DNA of 64,000 nt from an uncultured Christensenella sp. (GTDB lineage Bacteria; Bacillota; Clostridia; Christensenellales; UBA3700), in contig CAJTNA010000001.1 of NCBI GenBank assembly GCA_910577845.1, positions 157,329-221,328 on the forward strand. The letters are read 5' to 3'. The translations under genes and the position numbers were made by a program. The notes beneath the pieces are model-generated. The model made no database searches, was not told the origin of the DNA, and saw only the letters and a list, made by a program, of their open reading frames with translations. Positions 1 to 10,254 of the stretch are shown here, in pieces. Numbering within the stretch: position 1 is the stretch's first letter; every line of letters begins with the position of its first letter.

Positions 1-92
1 AAATAAACAAACTTCTTATTAGCCATACTGTCCTCCAAACATTTTATCTACATATATCCTACACTATTTTGCCATATTTTACAAGTATTTTG

Positions 93-842
93 TTATAAAT
101 TATTTATTTTATTATAAAATAAAATGTATTCTTCAAAAGTTTTAAACTTTTTAGCCAAATTTTTGCATAATATATCAAAATATACTCGAATAACGGACAA
201 AAAATCACTAGCTTTAAATTCCCTAATATCACAAAATATATTATTATATAAACTATCAATTAATCTTACTGCATTTTCACTAAGTAATAAAGAGTTATAT
301 TCCTTACAATACGGGCAAACTAGTCCACCTTTTGTAAAGCTATAAAACATTTTATTGCTTTCCTCCTCACCACAATTAACGCAACTTGGCAATAGTTTAT
401 AACCTAAATTGGATACTACCTTGCTTAGATAAAAAGCAAAAGACTTATGTATATTGTCACTTTTATAACATATTTCATTTAGAAAATCCAAAGTAAGTAT
501 AGCAAGTTTATCTCCAATCTCTCTGTCATCTGCTACTTTATCTAATATCTCAAGTCCGCAGAGTGCTGTGTAATATTTATCTATATCAGTCCAAATTCCA
601 TAAAAATTATCCACCAAGTCACAGCCTATAACATTGTAGTACCCGTTACGACCAGTTAAATAGTATTTACCAAAACAAAGCAAAGCCCCAGCATATGGAA
701 GCTTTGCTTTTGATTTTTTTACACCTTTTAATGTAGCGGTTATTTTACCCTCGCCAAAGGCATAAAGGGTAACCAATTTGTCATTTTCCTTGTAATCAAT
801 GCTCTTTATGCACAAACAATCAAGGGTTTTCTCCTTTTCCAT
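93..842 (-). CDS. recO: DNA repair protein RecO
   Basis: 249 aa with an N-terminal OB-fold-like region and a CxxC...CxxC zinc motif (CVNCG...CPYC). It sits in the conserved position downstream of era. Confidence 0.9.
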   Translation of the reverse strand: MEKEKTLDCLCIKSIDYKENDKLVTLYAFGEGKITATLKGVKKSKAKLPYAGALLCFGKYYLTGRNGYYNVIGCDLVDNFYGIWTDIDKYYTALCGLEILDKVADDREIGDKLAILTLDFLNEICYKSDNIHKSFAFYLSKVVSNLGYKLLPSCVNCGEEESNKMFYSFTKGGLVCPYCKEYNSLLLSENAVRLIDSLYNNIFCDIREFKASDFLSVIRVYFDILCKNLAKKFKTFEEYILFYNKINNL

Positions 843-942
843 TCTCTAATTCTTGCTCCTCGCCCAAAGCCTTGTACAACATATATAGTCCCGGGTCACC
901 TGTCTGTTTAAATTGTTGCCAAATTCTCTCTCTTATTTCCAT
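820..942 (-). CDS. yqzL: YqzL-family small protein (40 aa)
   Basis: Hand-translated ORF, too short for the track: MEIRERIWQQFKQTGDPGLYMLYKALGEEQELENGKGENP. The W..F..TG....Y.L(Y/F)K pattern and the position between era and recO match Bacillus yqzL. Its 3' end overlaps the recO start by 23 nt. Confidence 0.55.
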   Translation of the reverse strand: MEIRERIWQQFKQTGDPGLYMLYKALGEEQELENGKGENP

Positions 943-1189
943 AAAACCCCTCCACTACTATTATGGACTTTTATGTAAATAAAATACAATTTTTTAATAT
1001 AAATTTTCCTAAAATATTAAGTTTATATAACCAAGCTAAATTACATATTTCGCATAGTCAAGTGTATTTGTGTTTTGTTATAATTTTAAACTTATGCACT
1101 GAAAAACAATATTTTGCAAAAAACTCAAGTATCCAAAGTTTATCCTAATTATTTGCCACTAAAAACACTATATAAATAAAATAATAAAA

Positions 1190-2134
1190 TTAAATATCTT
1201 TAATGTTATATCCCAATTCATTGAGCATATGTTCACTATCACGCCAATCGTCCTTAACTCTTACCCACAAATTAAGATATATCTTGCTATCTAATAATTT
1301 TTCAATATCATATCTTGCGGATGTTCCTATCTTTTTAAGCATAGTACCGCCTTTACCAATTATAATTGGTTTATGAGCCTTTTTCTCGCAAATAATATCC
1401 GCATCAATATCTATTAGGCTATCATCTCTTTCTTTGAACAAGTTGATATTTACCGCCACACCATATGGCACTTCCTCACCCAAAAATTTCATTGCTTTTT
1501 CTCTTATTATTTCCGCAACCATAAATCTAATAGACTTATCTGTTATCATATCTTCTGGATAAAATTGAACGCCCTCTTTTAGATTGGCAACAATTCTTTC
1601 CTTTAAAATTTCTAGTTTTTTACCATTGATTGCAGAAAGAGGAATAATACTATCAATACCCTCAATATCTTTTAGGCTATTGATATTATCAAGCACTTTT
1701 TCTTTATCAGCGATATCCATTTTGTTAATAACAACAATAAATGGTGTGCTACTTTTAGCATATTGATTTATTATTTTTAAGTCATTTTCATCAATATTTT
1801 TTTCACCATTCAAAACATAAACAACTATATCCACACCATCTAATGCAGTTTCAACATTTTTCATCATAAATTTAGATAGTTCGTTTTTTGCTTTATGTAT
1901 ACCAGGAGTATCTACAAACACTGCTTGATAATCCTCACCATTCATAATGCCAATTATTTTATCACGTGTTGTTTGAGGTCGCCAAGATACAATTGCTACT
2001 TGCTCACCTACTAATGAATTTAATAATGTAGATTTTCCTACATTCGCTTTACCTATTATTGTAATAAAACCAGATTTAAACATATTATTCCTTTTAATTG
2101 TATTTTGCTTTAACAAATTAATATTGTCAATCAT
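1190..2134 (-). CDS. era: GTPase Era
   Basis: G1 motif GKANVGKSTL, DTPG, NKMD and a C-terminal KH domain. The start at 2134 gives an ATGA overlap with the ybeY stop. An alternative start at 2083 (MFKSGF...) fits canonical Era N-termini better. Confidence 0.95.
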   Translation of the reverse strand: MIDNINLLKQNTIKRNNMFKSGFITIIGKANVGKSTLLNSLVGEQVAIVSWRPQTTRDKIIGIMNGEDYQAVFVDTPGIHKAKNELSKFMMKNVETALDGVDIVVYVLNGEKNIDENDLKIINQYAKSSTPFIVVINKMDIADKEKVLDNINSLKDIEGIDSIIPLSAINGKKLEILKERIVANLKEGVQFYPEDMITDKSIRFMVAEIIREKAMKFLGEEVPYGVAVNINLFKERDDSLIDIDADIICEKKAHKPIIIGKGGTMLKKIGTSARYDIEKLLDSKIYLNLWVRVKDDWRDSEHMLNELGYNIKDI

Positions 2135-2607
2135 TCTCTAAAAAATTGTGCTTTTTCTAAAATTTCGTCTTCTTTAGCCCTCATTACTTTACGCATATCA
2201 TCCTCAATATGGTCATATCCTAACAAATGCAATAGCCCGTGAGTGATTAAAAAAGCAAGTTCTCTACATTCACTATGCCCATATTCAACAGCTTGCTCTG
2301 ACATAATTTCACGACAAATGATAATTTCGCCTATATACAAAGTTTTATCCTCTGGTGACAAAATGTCAATATAATTTGCCTTATCAAATGGAAAAATAAT
2401 TTTTTCCAAAGCTGGATAACTCAACACATCTGTAGGTTTGTCCACTTCTCTAGTCTGCATATTAAGCTCGTGAATTTGCTCTCTGCTCACCATAGATATA
2501 TCTATACTAATTGCACGCTTTTTTATTCCGTGAATTTTCATAACAGTGCTGTAAACTTTTTTGATAATTTTTTCTTCCTCTTTGGAAAAATCATATAAAT
2601 TAAGCAT
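2131..2607 (-). CDS. ybeY: rRNA maturation endoribonuclease YbeY
   Basis: HGLLHLLGYDH zinc-binding motif, 158 aa, with era/phoH neighbours. Confidence 0.95.
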   Translation of the reverse strand: MLNLYDFSKEEEKIIKKVYSTVMKIHGIKKRAISIDISMVSREQIHELNMQTREVDKPTDVLSYPALEKIIFPFDKANYIDILSPEDKTLYIGEIIICREIMSEQAVEYGHSECRELAFLITHGLLHLLGYDHIEDDMRKVMRAKEDEILEKAQFFRE

Positions 2608-2630
2608 AGTCCCTCTTTTGTAAACACATT

Positions 2631-4115
2631 TTATTTACCTTTGTTGTAATCAATTCGTTTATGGTAAACCGCTGGTACAACCTTTGTTATTGCTTCAGAT
2701 ATTTTTGCTAAATCAGCAAAAGTAATACCTGAATTATCAAATTGATGGTCAGCAATTTTATCTTTAATTACATTTTCAACTATAGATTTAAGTTCATCCA
2801 TATTTGCTGTATTTCTTGACCTAGTGATAGCCTCAACAACGTCCGAAATCATAACAATTGACGCTATTTTTGAAGTTGGTTTTGGTCCCTCATACATATA
2901 CAATTTGTCATTAACTTTGCCTTCAGTCAATTGTCTAGCCTTATTATGGAAATACCTAACAGTCGTTGTGCCGTGATGTTCAAGTGCTACTTTTGCAATA
3001 TCTTCTGGCAATCTAGCCTTTTTCAACATATCGTAGCCTATTTTAGTGTGTGACATAATCATTTTTGCACTATGAATAGGTATCAAATCATCGTGGGGGT
3101 TATAACCTTTTTGGTTTTCCGTGTAAAATTCTGGGGCACTTAATTTACCAATATCGTGATAAATACCGCACGCTTTAGCTAGATATGGGTTTTCACCAAT
3201 TGCAATTGCACACGCCTCTGCCAAGTTTGATACAATAATGCAATGATTAAAAGTACCAGGTGCTTCATTTGATAATCTTTGTAAGAGCGGTCTTGACAAA
3301 CTACATATTTCGGCAAGTTTAAAGTTTGTCCACACATTAAATATCTGCTCATATAGCGGAATTAAAGCTGTAAAAATTATAATTGCAATAAAACCACCTA
3401 AGATAGAATAAGTATAAGACAATAAAAGATATGTTGTGTCTTTAGATACAATCATTGCAAGCAATATTATAGGCAAAGATGCTACTAAGTTTATTGCTGC
3501 TGAGCCCCATAATAATTTAAAACGTGAATAATTTCTACGGATAAGGAACATTATTAATAATACTCTTATCATAGATACAATCAAAGATGATGTAATCTCA
3601 TAGAAAGTATTGGACAAACCACCATACATACCATAATCCATTACAGAATATGAAACAAGCAAAGTCGAAATTGTTACTACCAATCCCATAAAGCCTGTCC
3701 TACCACCAATCATAATGCTCAAAATAATTGGCAAAATTGCAAGTGGTGAACAATATGGACTTATAAGATGACTCAATAATTGACAAGCAACTATTGTAAT
3801 GAACATTGTAATTCCAATAATAGAAAGCTTTTTGTAGGAATTATCTTTTGCCATATACGTATAATACTCATAAAACATAGTTATGGCAATGAAAAACACT
3901 GCCGCAATTATCAATACGTCAATCCATTTATCATATAAAACATTACTACTCCAAGTATATATCGTGGAAGCTAATACAGCTAAAAAACAGCTCATTATAA
4001 TTATACAAGTAATGATAATTATATGTTGTAGCCAATCTTTATGCAAAATTTTACTTAGTTCTGCTTGGCTTATTTTTCGTTTTTTAATCGGATACCCCGC
4101 CCTCGTTTTTGCCAT
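2631..4115 (-). CDS. Membrane HD-domain phosphohydrolase (PgpH/YqfF-like, 7TM-HD)
   Basis: Polytopic N-terminal half followed by an HD domain (HCIIVSNLAE..., YHDIGK, EHHGTT). It sits between phoH and ybeY, as yqfF does in Bacillus. Confidence 0.8.
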   Translation of the reverse strand: MAKTRAGYPIKKRKISQAELSKILHKDWLQHIIIITCIIIMSCFLAVLASTIYTWSSNVLYDKWIDVLIIAAVFFIAITMFYEYYTYMAKDNSYKKLSIIGITMFITIVACQLLSHLISPYCSPLAILPIILSIMIGGRTGFMGLVVTISTLLVSYSVMDYGMYGGLSNTFYEITSSLIVSMIRVLLIMFLIRRNYSRFKLLWGSAAINLVASLPIILLAMIVSKDTTYLLLSYTYSILGGFIAIIIFTALIPLYEQIFNVWTNFKLAEICSLSRPLLQRLSNEAPGTFNHCIIVSNLAEACAIAIGENPYLAKACGIYHDIGKLSAPEFYTENQKGYNPHDDLIPIHSAKMIMSHTKIGYDMLKKARLPEDIAKVALEHHGTTTVRYFHNKARQLTEGKVNDKLYMYEGPKPTSKIASIVMISDVVEAITRSRNTANMDELKSIVENVIKDKIADHQFDNSGITFADLAKISEAITKVVPAVYHKRIDYNKGK

Positions 4116-5115
4116 TGTTTTCTCCTAATTTATAGAAATCATCATATGCTTTAACAATTTTCATTACTAGTTCGTGTCTTACAACATCTTTTTCGTTAAA
4201 ATAATTTATTGAAATATCCTCAATTCCATTTAATATTTGGCACACTTCAACAAGTCCACTCTTTTTACCATAAGGCAAGTCAATTTGAGTAACATCACCA
4301 GTCACGACCACCTTGCTCCCCTCACCAATTCTTGTAAGGAACATTTTCATTTGTTCTCTTGTAGTGTTTTGTGCCTCATCAAGAATTATAAAAGAATTTG
4401 CAAGAGTTCTACCTCTCATATAAGCAAGCGGTGCCACTTCAATTACCCCTTTTTCCATAAGTCTGTTATAAACTTCAATGCCAAGCATTTCAGCAAGTGC
4501 ATCAAATAGCGGTTTCAAGTATGGGTCAACCTTTTGTCCCAAATCACCTGGCAAAAAGCCTAACTTTTCCCCCGCCTCTACTGCAGGTCTTGTAAGCACA
4601 ATTTTCTCCACCATTTTAGCCTTGTAAGTTGCTACAGCCATTGCAACCGCAAGATATGTCTTGCCAGTTCCAGCAGGTCCAATACCAAAAGTTAAAGCAT
4701 TGTTTTTTATAGCTTGCAAATAGCTTGCTTGATTTAAACTTTTCGGTTTGATAGGCTTACCTTTATTTGTATAAGCTATAGCTTCTGTCATACTTTCAAT
4801 ATTGCTGTACTTTCCATCAAGCACTATGTCAGAAACTAACCTTATAGTTGTTTTGTTGATATGCTCTCCATTATTCAATTTTTCAATCAAAGCATCTACA
4901 ATCTGTTTAAGAACAACTTGTTTATCCTCATCACCAATAATTTTTAATCCTTCTGCATCTCTTGCAATTGTAAGCCCTAAAACCTTTGATAAATACTTAA
5001 TATTACTATCATATTCACCAAATAACTCCCTCAATTGCTCGGCTTTGTAATCGTTAAAATTAATAATTGTATCCTCCATCATCCAATCTTTGTTCTGTTT
5101 CATAAAAAATATCAA
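4084..5115 (-). CDS. phoH: PhoH-like ATPase
   Basis: Walker A GPAGTGKTYLAVA, Walker B ILDEAQN and a C-terminal PhoH signature. The start is uncertain: TTG at 5115 overlaps yqfD, and ATG at 5103 or 5082 is also possible. Confidence 0.9.
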   Translation of the reverse strand: MIFFMKQNKDWMMEDTIINFNDYKAEQLRELFGEYDSNIKYLSKVLGLTIARDAEGLKIIGDEDKQVVLKQIVDALIEKLNNGEHINKTTIRLVSDIVLDGKYSNIESMTEAIAYTNKGKPIKPKSLNQASYLQAIKNNALTFGIGPAGTGKTYLAVAMAVATYKAKMVEKIVLTRPAVEAGEKLGFLPGDLGQKVDPYLKPLFDALAEMLGIEVYNRLMEKGVIEVAPLAYMRGRTLANSFIILDEAQNTTREQMKMFLTRIGEGSKVVVTGDVTQIDLPYGKKSGLVEVCQILNGIEDISINYFNEKDVVRHELVMKIVKAYDDFYKLGENNGKNEGGVSD

Positions 5116-6205
5116 GATATTTCATTCCGTCAATTTCTTTTATTTCATAGTTTTTTGCAAGAAGCTTTGCTTCCATATTCATATTTGCAATAAATTCATT
5201 TTCAAACTTATTTTTCAAATTTTCTATATATGTATTTTGAGATATCTCAACTCGTTGCAACTCAAAAAATTCATATGTAGTTATAGTTAACGGCAAAATC
5301 CCAAAAAGCTTAACATTTGTTTTGCAAAGCTCAAAGAACTCATATGGTGAACCACCAGCCTTTAAAATTGCTAGATTATTAAAACCAATTTGGCGTTTTA
5401 TCTTAGATTTACCAGTTTTAACATAAGTGTAATTTTGCTCTGGGATAACAAACCTCTTATGAGTATACACTCTACCATACACCTCACCATCAGCAACGAC
5501 CTCTAATATATCGCCATTTTCTTCGCCATCAGATGGAGTGTTATCTGCAATATGGTATCCGCCAATCAAAATATCACCAACACGCACTCTTTCACCAACT
5601 TGAACCTCACTTGTACCAGAACGTACCATTACTCTTGTAACAATTGCATCAGTGGTAGAATATAAATTTTTTTTATCCTCTGACTGTTTAGGTGTTTCAT
5701 TACTTACAACTTTTACCATTAAGGAAAAGCCTTCAAAATAGCAAGTTGCAAAACTAACTTCCTCTATGTTAGACAAAATCAAGTTTTCAACTGCTTTCAA
5801 GTCAATTTTGTTTTTAGGAACAACTTTATTAAAATTATTCTCTTTTAATAACAACATTACTTTGTTAGAATGCACATCATTTTCACATTCCACTTTTACG
5901 TTATAGACAAATTGCGTGCTGACTATTAAAAAAGATAGACAAATAACTACTGCAATTATATAAGATAAATGTTTGTAGCTCTTTTTTAAAAGATTTTCCA
6001 AACCACTGGTGTCAACAAGCTCAAGTTCCACACTGAATAAATCAGCATATTCCTTAACTTGTTTCAAATCTTTTTGCTTTATCCAAAAAGTTGTATTGTT
6101 ATCACTTATAAGATAATAAATCAAAATATTTTCATTTTTCAATTTATTAATCAATCGTGTACGATTTTGACCTTTGACCAAGACTTTAACTTTGCTAGCA
6201 ATCAT
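5060..6205 (-). CDS. yqfD: Sporulation protein YqfD
   Basis: 381 aa with a single central TM segment and YqfD-like architecture. It lies immediately downstream of yqfC, as in Bacillus and Clostridium. Confidence 0.8.
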   Translation of the reverse strand: MIASKVKVLVKGQNRTRLINKLKNENILIYYLISDNNTTFWIKQKDLKQVKEYADLFSVELELVDTSGLENLLKKSYKHLSYIIAVVICLSFLIVSTQFVYNVKVECENDVHSNKVMLLLKENNFNKVVPKNKIDLKAVENLILSNIEEVSFATCYFEGFSLMVKVVSNETPKQSEDKKNLYSTTDAIVTRVMVRSGTSEVQVGERVRVGDILIGGYHIADNTPSDGEENGDILEVVADGEVYGRVYTHKRFVIPEQNYTYVKTGKSKIKRQIGFNNLAILKAGGSPYEFFELCKTNVKLFGILPLTITTYEFFELQRVEISQNTYIENLKNKFENEFIANMNMEAKLLAKNYEIKEIDGMKYLDIFYETEQRLDDGGYNY

Positions 6206-6456
6206 AAATGCACCACCTTAAAATCGCAAAGATTACCTGTTACTATTAAAAGTCCACTGCCAAGTTCACGAATTACAAATTCAGTCCCATCAAATTCTAG
6301 CTTGTTTTTATTAGCTAGAACTTCAATATGCTCTTTACTTTGAAATATAATTGTCTTAAAGTCCTCAACAATAAAACCGCCATTAGTGATTGTTATTTTA
6401 TAATTTAATTTTTCCTTAATTGTTTTACAAATATCATCAAAATATGCCATAAACAC
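6202..6456 (-). CDS. yqfC: Sporulation protein YqfC (YabP/YqfC family)
   Basis: 84 aa with a 4-nt overlap onto yqfD. Size and context are typical of yqfC. Confidence 0.7.
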   Translation of the reverse strand: MFMAYFDDICKTIKEKLNYKITITNGGFIVEDFKTIIFQSKEHIEVLANKNKLEFDGTEFVIRELGSGLLIVTGNLCDFKVVHL

Positions 6457-6747
6457 CTCGTTTGTATATTTTATGATATAGCATAATTGATTATACGCAA
6501 AGCTTTTATAAATTACACATTAAACATATTTGATAAGCAAAACAAAAGTAAACTAATTAAATACTTATGCAAAATATTGCTATAAACCATTACCTTTTAA
6601 AATATTAGGACTTCATATTTAATACATTTTCAATCAATGTTGGGGCACGACTGCTTTTTTAATCTTATTATACAAATCCCTTTCACTACTATTTAAAACT
6701 AGAAAAGTAGCTAAAGCACTAAATAAAATCAATAATAAATAATTATT

Positions 6748-8406
6748 TTATTCCTCGTCAGTCACATTTTGAGGTATTGTAATGTTGCTTACAATGTTAT
6801 CAAACTCCGCATTCCAATCTGGTTGACCAGCATTATCACCATTATCAATAACCACAGTATTAGGTGAGTCTGGTGGAGGTGTCAAATCGTCAATATCAAT
6901 TCTGTCAACACAATCATCGCCATTTGAAATAAAATCAGTAGTATTACCGCTTTTTGCAAGTTCAGCTTGCTTTTCCGCCTCAAGAGCATTCGCAACTGCA
7001 ATTGCCTCATCAACAGTTTTGCTTGCTTGCTTAATATTCCTAACTTCCTCACTTGTGATAGGAGTAAATTTAACCATACTTCCTTCCCACTTAAAGCTAA
7101 TCTTTCCACACGCACCACTACGATGTTTAACAATATGTAAATCAATAATATCGTCTGTAGTACTCTCTGATACCTTTTGTTTAATTAGGAAATAAACTTG
7201 GTCAGCGTCTTGCTCAATTGAACCAGACTCTCTCAAGTCGGACATCTTAGGGTCACCATCCTCACGTTTTTCAAGGTCACGTGAAGTTTGCGACAATGCA
7301 AGTACTGGAACATCCAATTCCTTAGCCATAATTTTCAGGCTTCTTGAAATCTCAGTAACTTCTTGTTGAATACTCTGTCTTGAGGTGTGAGCTTTAAGCA
7401 ATTGCAAGTAGTCAATTACAACTAAGTCAAGACGCTTTTTCATTTGTTTTAACCTACGGCATTTGCTCATAATTTGCTCTGGTGTAGTATTTGCTGTATC
7501 GTCAATATAAACATTAGAGGTTTCAAGCACCTTTTTGGCTTGCCATAACCTTTTAAATTCATCAGCTGAAGCACCAGTCATTACACTCTCGTGAGGTACG
7601 CTAGCCATTGTGAGCAAAATTCTTTGAGTAAGTTCACTTATGCTCATTTCCAAGTTGAATACAGCAACAACTTTTTCAGGCTCTTTCCTTGCTATATTAC
7701 AAACGATGTTCATTGCAAAAGAGGTCTTACCACAACCAGGACGTGCTGCCAAAATTATCATTTGACCGCCTTTATAGCCGTTTGTATATTTATCAAGGTT
7801 TTTAAAGTGTGATAATTGCCCTTTGTTACTATCTGGATTAGTAAGCACATCTTCATAACCTTTCAACACTTTGTTGATTGTATCATTTACGTGTACCAAA
7901 TCTTTATTTTCTTGATTATCAGATATATCAAAAATAGTCTTTTCTGCATAAGCAAGTGCCATATCTGAATCATCACTATTATAAGTATTCTCGCTGATTT
8001 TGTTAGACGCATTAATTATTGTTCTTAACATTCCATTCTTTTTTATAATATTAAAATAATATCTGTAATTAGCAGAAGATGGAATAATATTTGTAAGTTC
8101 AGTAAGATAAGACATACCACCAACTTTTTGTAAATTATCTGTTGTTGATACTCTACCACTCTTGTCAGCAGTTTTACTTTTAATCAATTTATCAGATAAC
8201 GTAATTATATCTACTGGCTTGCCTTCACGTTGCAATTCACACATTGCATTATATATCAACTTATGTGCTACAAAGTAAAAATCACTTTCTTTTAGTTCGC
8301 TTAGCACCTCAGTAGCCACAGTATCATCAATCAATATACTACCTAGCAATGATTGTTCCGCTTCATTATTATTAGGCAAAATCTTAGGATTTTTTATTTC
8401 GCTCAT
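6748..8406 (-). CDS. dnaB: Replicative DNA helicase (DnaB family) with C-terminal acidic extension
   Basis: N-terminal LPNNNEAEQSLLGSIL, Walker A ARPGCGKTSFAMN, Walker B VVIDYLQLL, and SQTSRDLE/SDLRESGSIEQDAD motifs. About 100 extra C-terminal residues. Confidence 0.9.
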   Translation of the reverse strand: MSEIKNPKILPNNNEAEQSLLGSILIDDTVATEVLSELKESDFYFVAHKLIYNAMCELQREGKPVDIITLSDKLIKSKTADKSGRVSTTDNLQKVGGMSYLTELTNIIPSSANYRYYFNIIKKNGMLRTIINASNKISENTYNSDDSDMALAYAEKTIFDISDNQENKDLVHVNDTINKVLKGYEDVLTNPDSNKGQLSHFKNLDKYTNGYKGGQMIILAARPGCGKTSFAMNIVCNIARKEPEKVVAVFNLEMSISELTQRILLTMASVPHESVMTGASADEFKRLWQAKKVLETSNVYIDDTANTTPEQIMSKCRRLKQMKKRLDLVVIDYLQLLKAHTSRQSIQQEVTEISRSLKIMAKELDVPVLALSQTSRDLEKREDGDPKMSDLRESGSIEQDADQVYFLIKQKVSESTTDDIIDLHIVKHRSGACGKISFKWEGSMVKFTPITSEEVRNIKQASKTVDEAIAVANALEAEKQAELAKSGNTTDFISNGDDCVDRIDIDDLTPPPDSPNTVVIDNGDNAGQPDWNAEFDNIVSNITIPQNVTDEE

Positions 8407-10187
8407 ACTTCTCCTTTAATCATTTGTTTCAAAGTGGTTAAAGTTTCTTTAAATTCTTTAATCACTATATCAAAAGTTTTCTCATTTTCAAGGTCAACCC
8501 CTGCAACTTTTAAAATTTCAGACGGAGGCATACTACCGCCCAAACTTAAAAACTTTTTATAACTTTCCACATTTTTGCTATCCGCCAAAATAGCATTAGC
8601 AATTACAACAGCAGATGCAATACCAGTAGCATATTTGTAGACGTAAAAACTTCTATAAAAATGTGGTATTCTTGCCCATTCATAGCAAATCAAATCACTA
8701 TCAATCACATTTGAACCATAGTACTTATCATTCAATTTTTTATATTCATTACACAAATATTCCGCAGTTAAAGACTGACCACTTTCATAAGCATTGTGAG
8801 CTATCATTTCAAACTCAGCAAACTGAGTTTGTCTAAAAAATGTTGTACGGAACATATCCAAGTAATAAGAAAGTAAATATTTCTTTTCCTCACCTTGTGC
8901 ATTTTTAATCATATGCTTTAAAAGCAAAATTTCATTTACAGTACTAGCTACCTCTGCAACAAAAATCTCATATCCCGCTTTTTCATATGGTAAACTGCTA
9001 TTTGAATAATAACTATGCATTGCGTGACCAAGCTCGTGTGCGATTGTAAATACATCGTGAGTAACACCAGTATAATTCAACAATACATACGGGTGAACAC
9101 CATAGCAACCCCAAGAATATGCACCGCTTCTCTTACCACTATTCTCATAAACATCAATCCACTTATCAGAAAAAGCTGAATCTAACAATTTTTGATAATC
9201 ATCACCCAATGGCTTAAGTGCCTCTTTAACGATTTTTATCGCATCTTCATACTTGTAATTGTGTTCAACTTCTGTAACAATTGGAGTGTGCATATCCCAC
9301 ATAGCAATTGATTTTAAACCCAAAGCTTTTTTTCTTAAAATCAAATATTGGTGCAAGTATTTCACAGATTTATTTACTGCATTAGTCAAATTTTTATAAA
9401 TTATTTCTGGAACATTCTCATTATACATTGCTTTTGCAATAGCACTTTTGTAACCTCTTACTTGTGCATAAAAACAATCTTTCTTAACATTACCAGCATA
9501 CAAGCAAGCAATAGTGTTAATCACTTTTTTATAAGCACTAAACATATTAACATATGCTACCTTTCTTTCCTTTCTCTGTCCAGCTTGTAAAACCATACTA
9601 TATGTGCCGTGAGTTAACTTAATTTTTTCTCCATTAAAATTAACCTCACCAAAATCAACATCAACATTGTCAAACATATTAAATGCTTGGTGAAAATTAT
9701 CCGAAAAAGACTTGCTATTGCTCAATATTCTTTCCTCTTTTTCAGATAGAATGTATTTTTTCTCACGAATAACACTTTCAAAAAAACAAGAATGATTTTC
9801 AAAGTCTTTATCTGCAATAAACTCTCTCAATTTATCGTCACTAAGCTTTGTAATCTCTGGCGTAATAAAACTTGTAACTGCGGAATAGTCCACAATAAGC
9901 CTTTCTGCCCTATCAGATAAAGCTTGATATTTTGCAATAGAAGAATCCTCATCCATTTTCATTTTAGCATAAACATAAATTCTTTCCATTTGCTCGCTTG
10001 TTTTTGAATTCATATCCAAACATTCCAAAATATCCGTCTTATTATCAAGTTTGCCAGCATACTTACCAATTTGTTCAATATTATCTTTTAACTCAGTATA
10101 AATGTTTTCCCATTCCACCTCGCTACTAATAATATCATTCAAATTCCATTTATATTTGTTATTAATTTCACTTCTTAACATACTCAC
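8403..10187 (-). CDS. pepF: Oligoendopeptidase F (M3B)
   Basis: HELGHAMH zinc motif; 594 aa, typical of PepF. Confidence 0.9.
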   Translation of the reverse strand: MSMLRSEINNKYKWNLNDIISSEVEWENIYTELKDNIEQIGKYAGKLDNKTDILECLDMNSKTSEQMERIYVYAKMKMDEDSSIAKYQALSDRAERLIVDYSAVTSFITPEITKLSDDKLREFIADKDFENHSCFFESVIREKKYILSEKEERILSNSKSFSDNFHQAFNMFDNVDVDFGEVNFNGEKIKLTHGTYSMVLQAGQRKERKVAYVNMFSAYKKVINTIACLYAGNVKKDCFYAQVRGYKSAIAKAMYNENVPEIIYKNLTNAVNKSVKYLHQYLILRKKALGLKSIAMWDMHTPIVTEVEHNYKYEDAIKIVKEALKPLGDDYQKLLDSAFSDKWIDVYENSGKRSGAYSWGCYGVHPYVLLNYTGVTHDVFTIAHELGHAMHSYYSNSSLPYEKAGYEIFVAEVASTVNEILLLKHMIKNAQGEEKKYLLSYYLDMFRTTFFRQTQFAEFEMIAHNAYESGQSLTAEYLCNEYKKLNDKYYGSNVIDSDLICYEWARIPHFYRSFYVYKYATGIASAVVIANAILADSKNVESYKKFLSLGGSMPPSEILKVAGVDLENEKTFDIVIKEFKETLTTLKQMIKGEV

Positions 10188-10254
10188 TCCATAAATTACT
10201 TGTTGCTTAGATTTTAATTTGCACTCACATTATGCAAATTGTCTTTTGTATATA

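Noticed and set aside
6457-6560. Sigma-E-type sporulation promoter upstream of yqfC.
   Set aside because: An ATATACAA-like -10 element can be found, but there is no convincing -35 element at the right spacing. It cannot be supported by eye in this AT-rich sequence.
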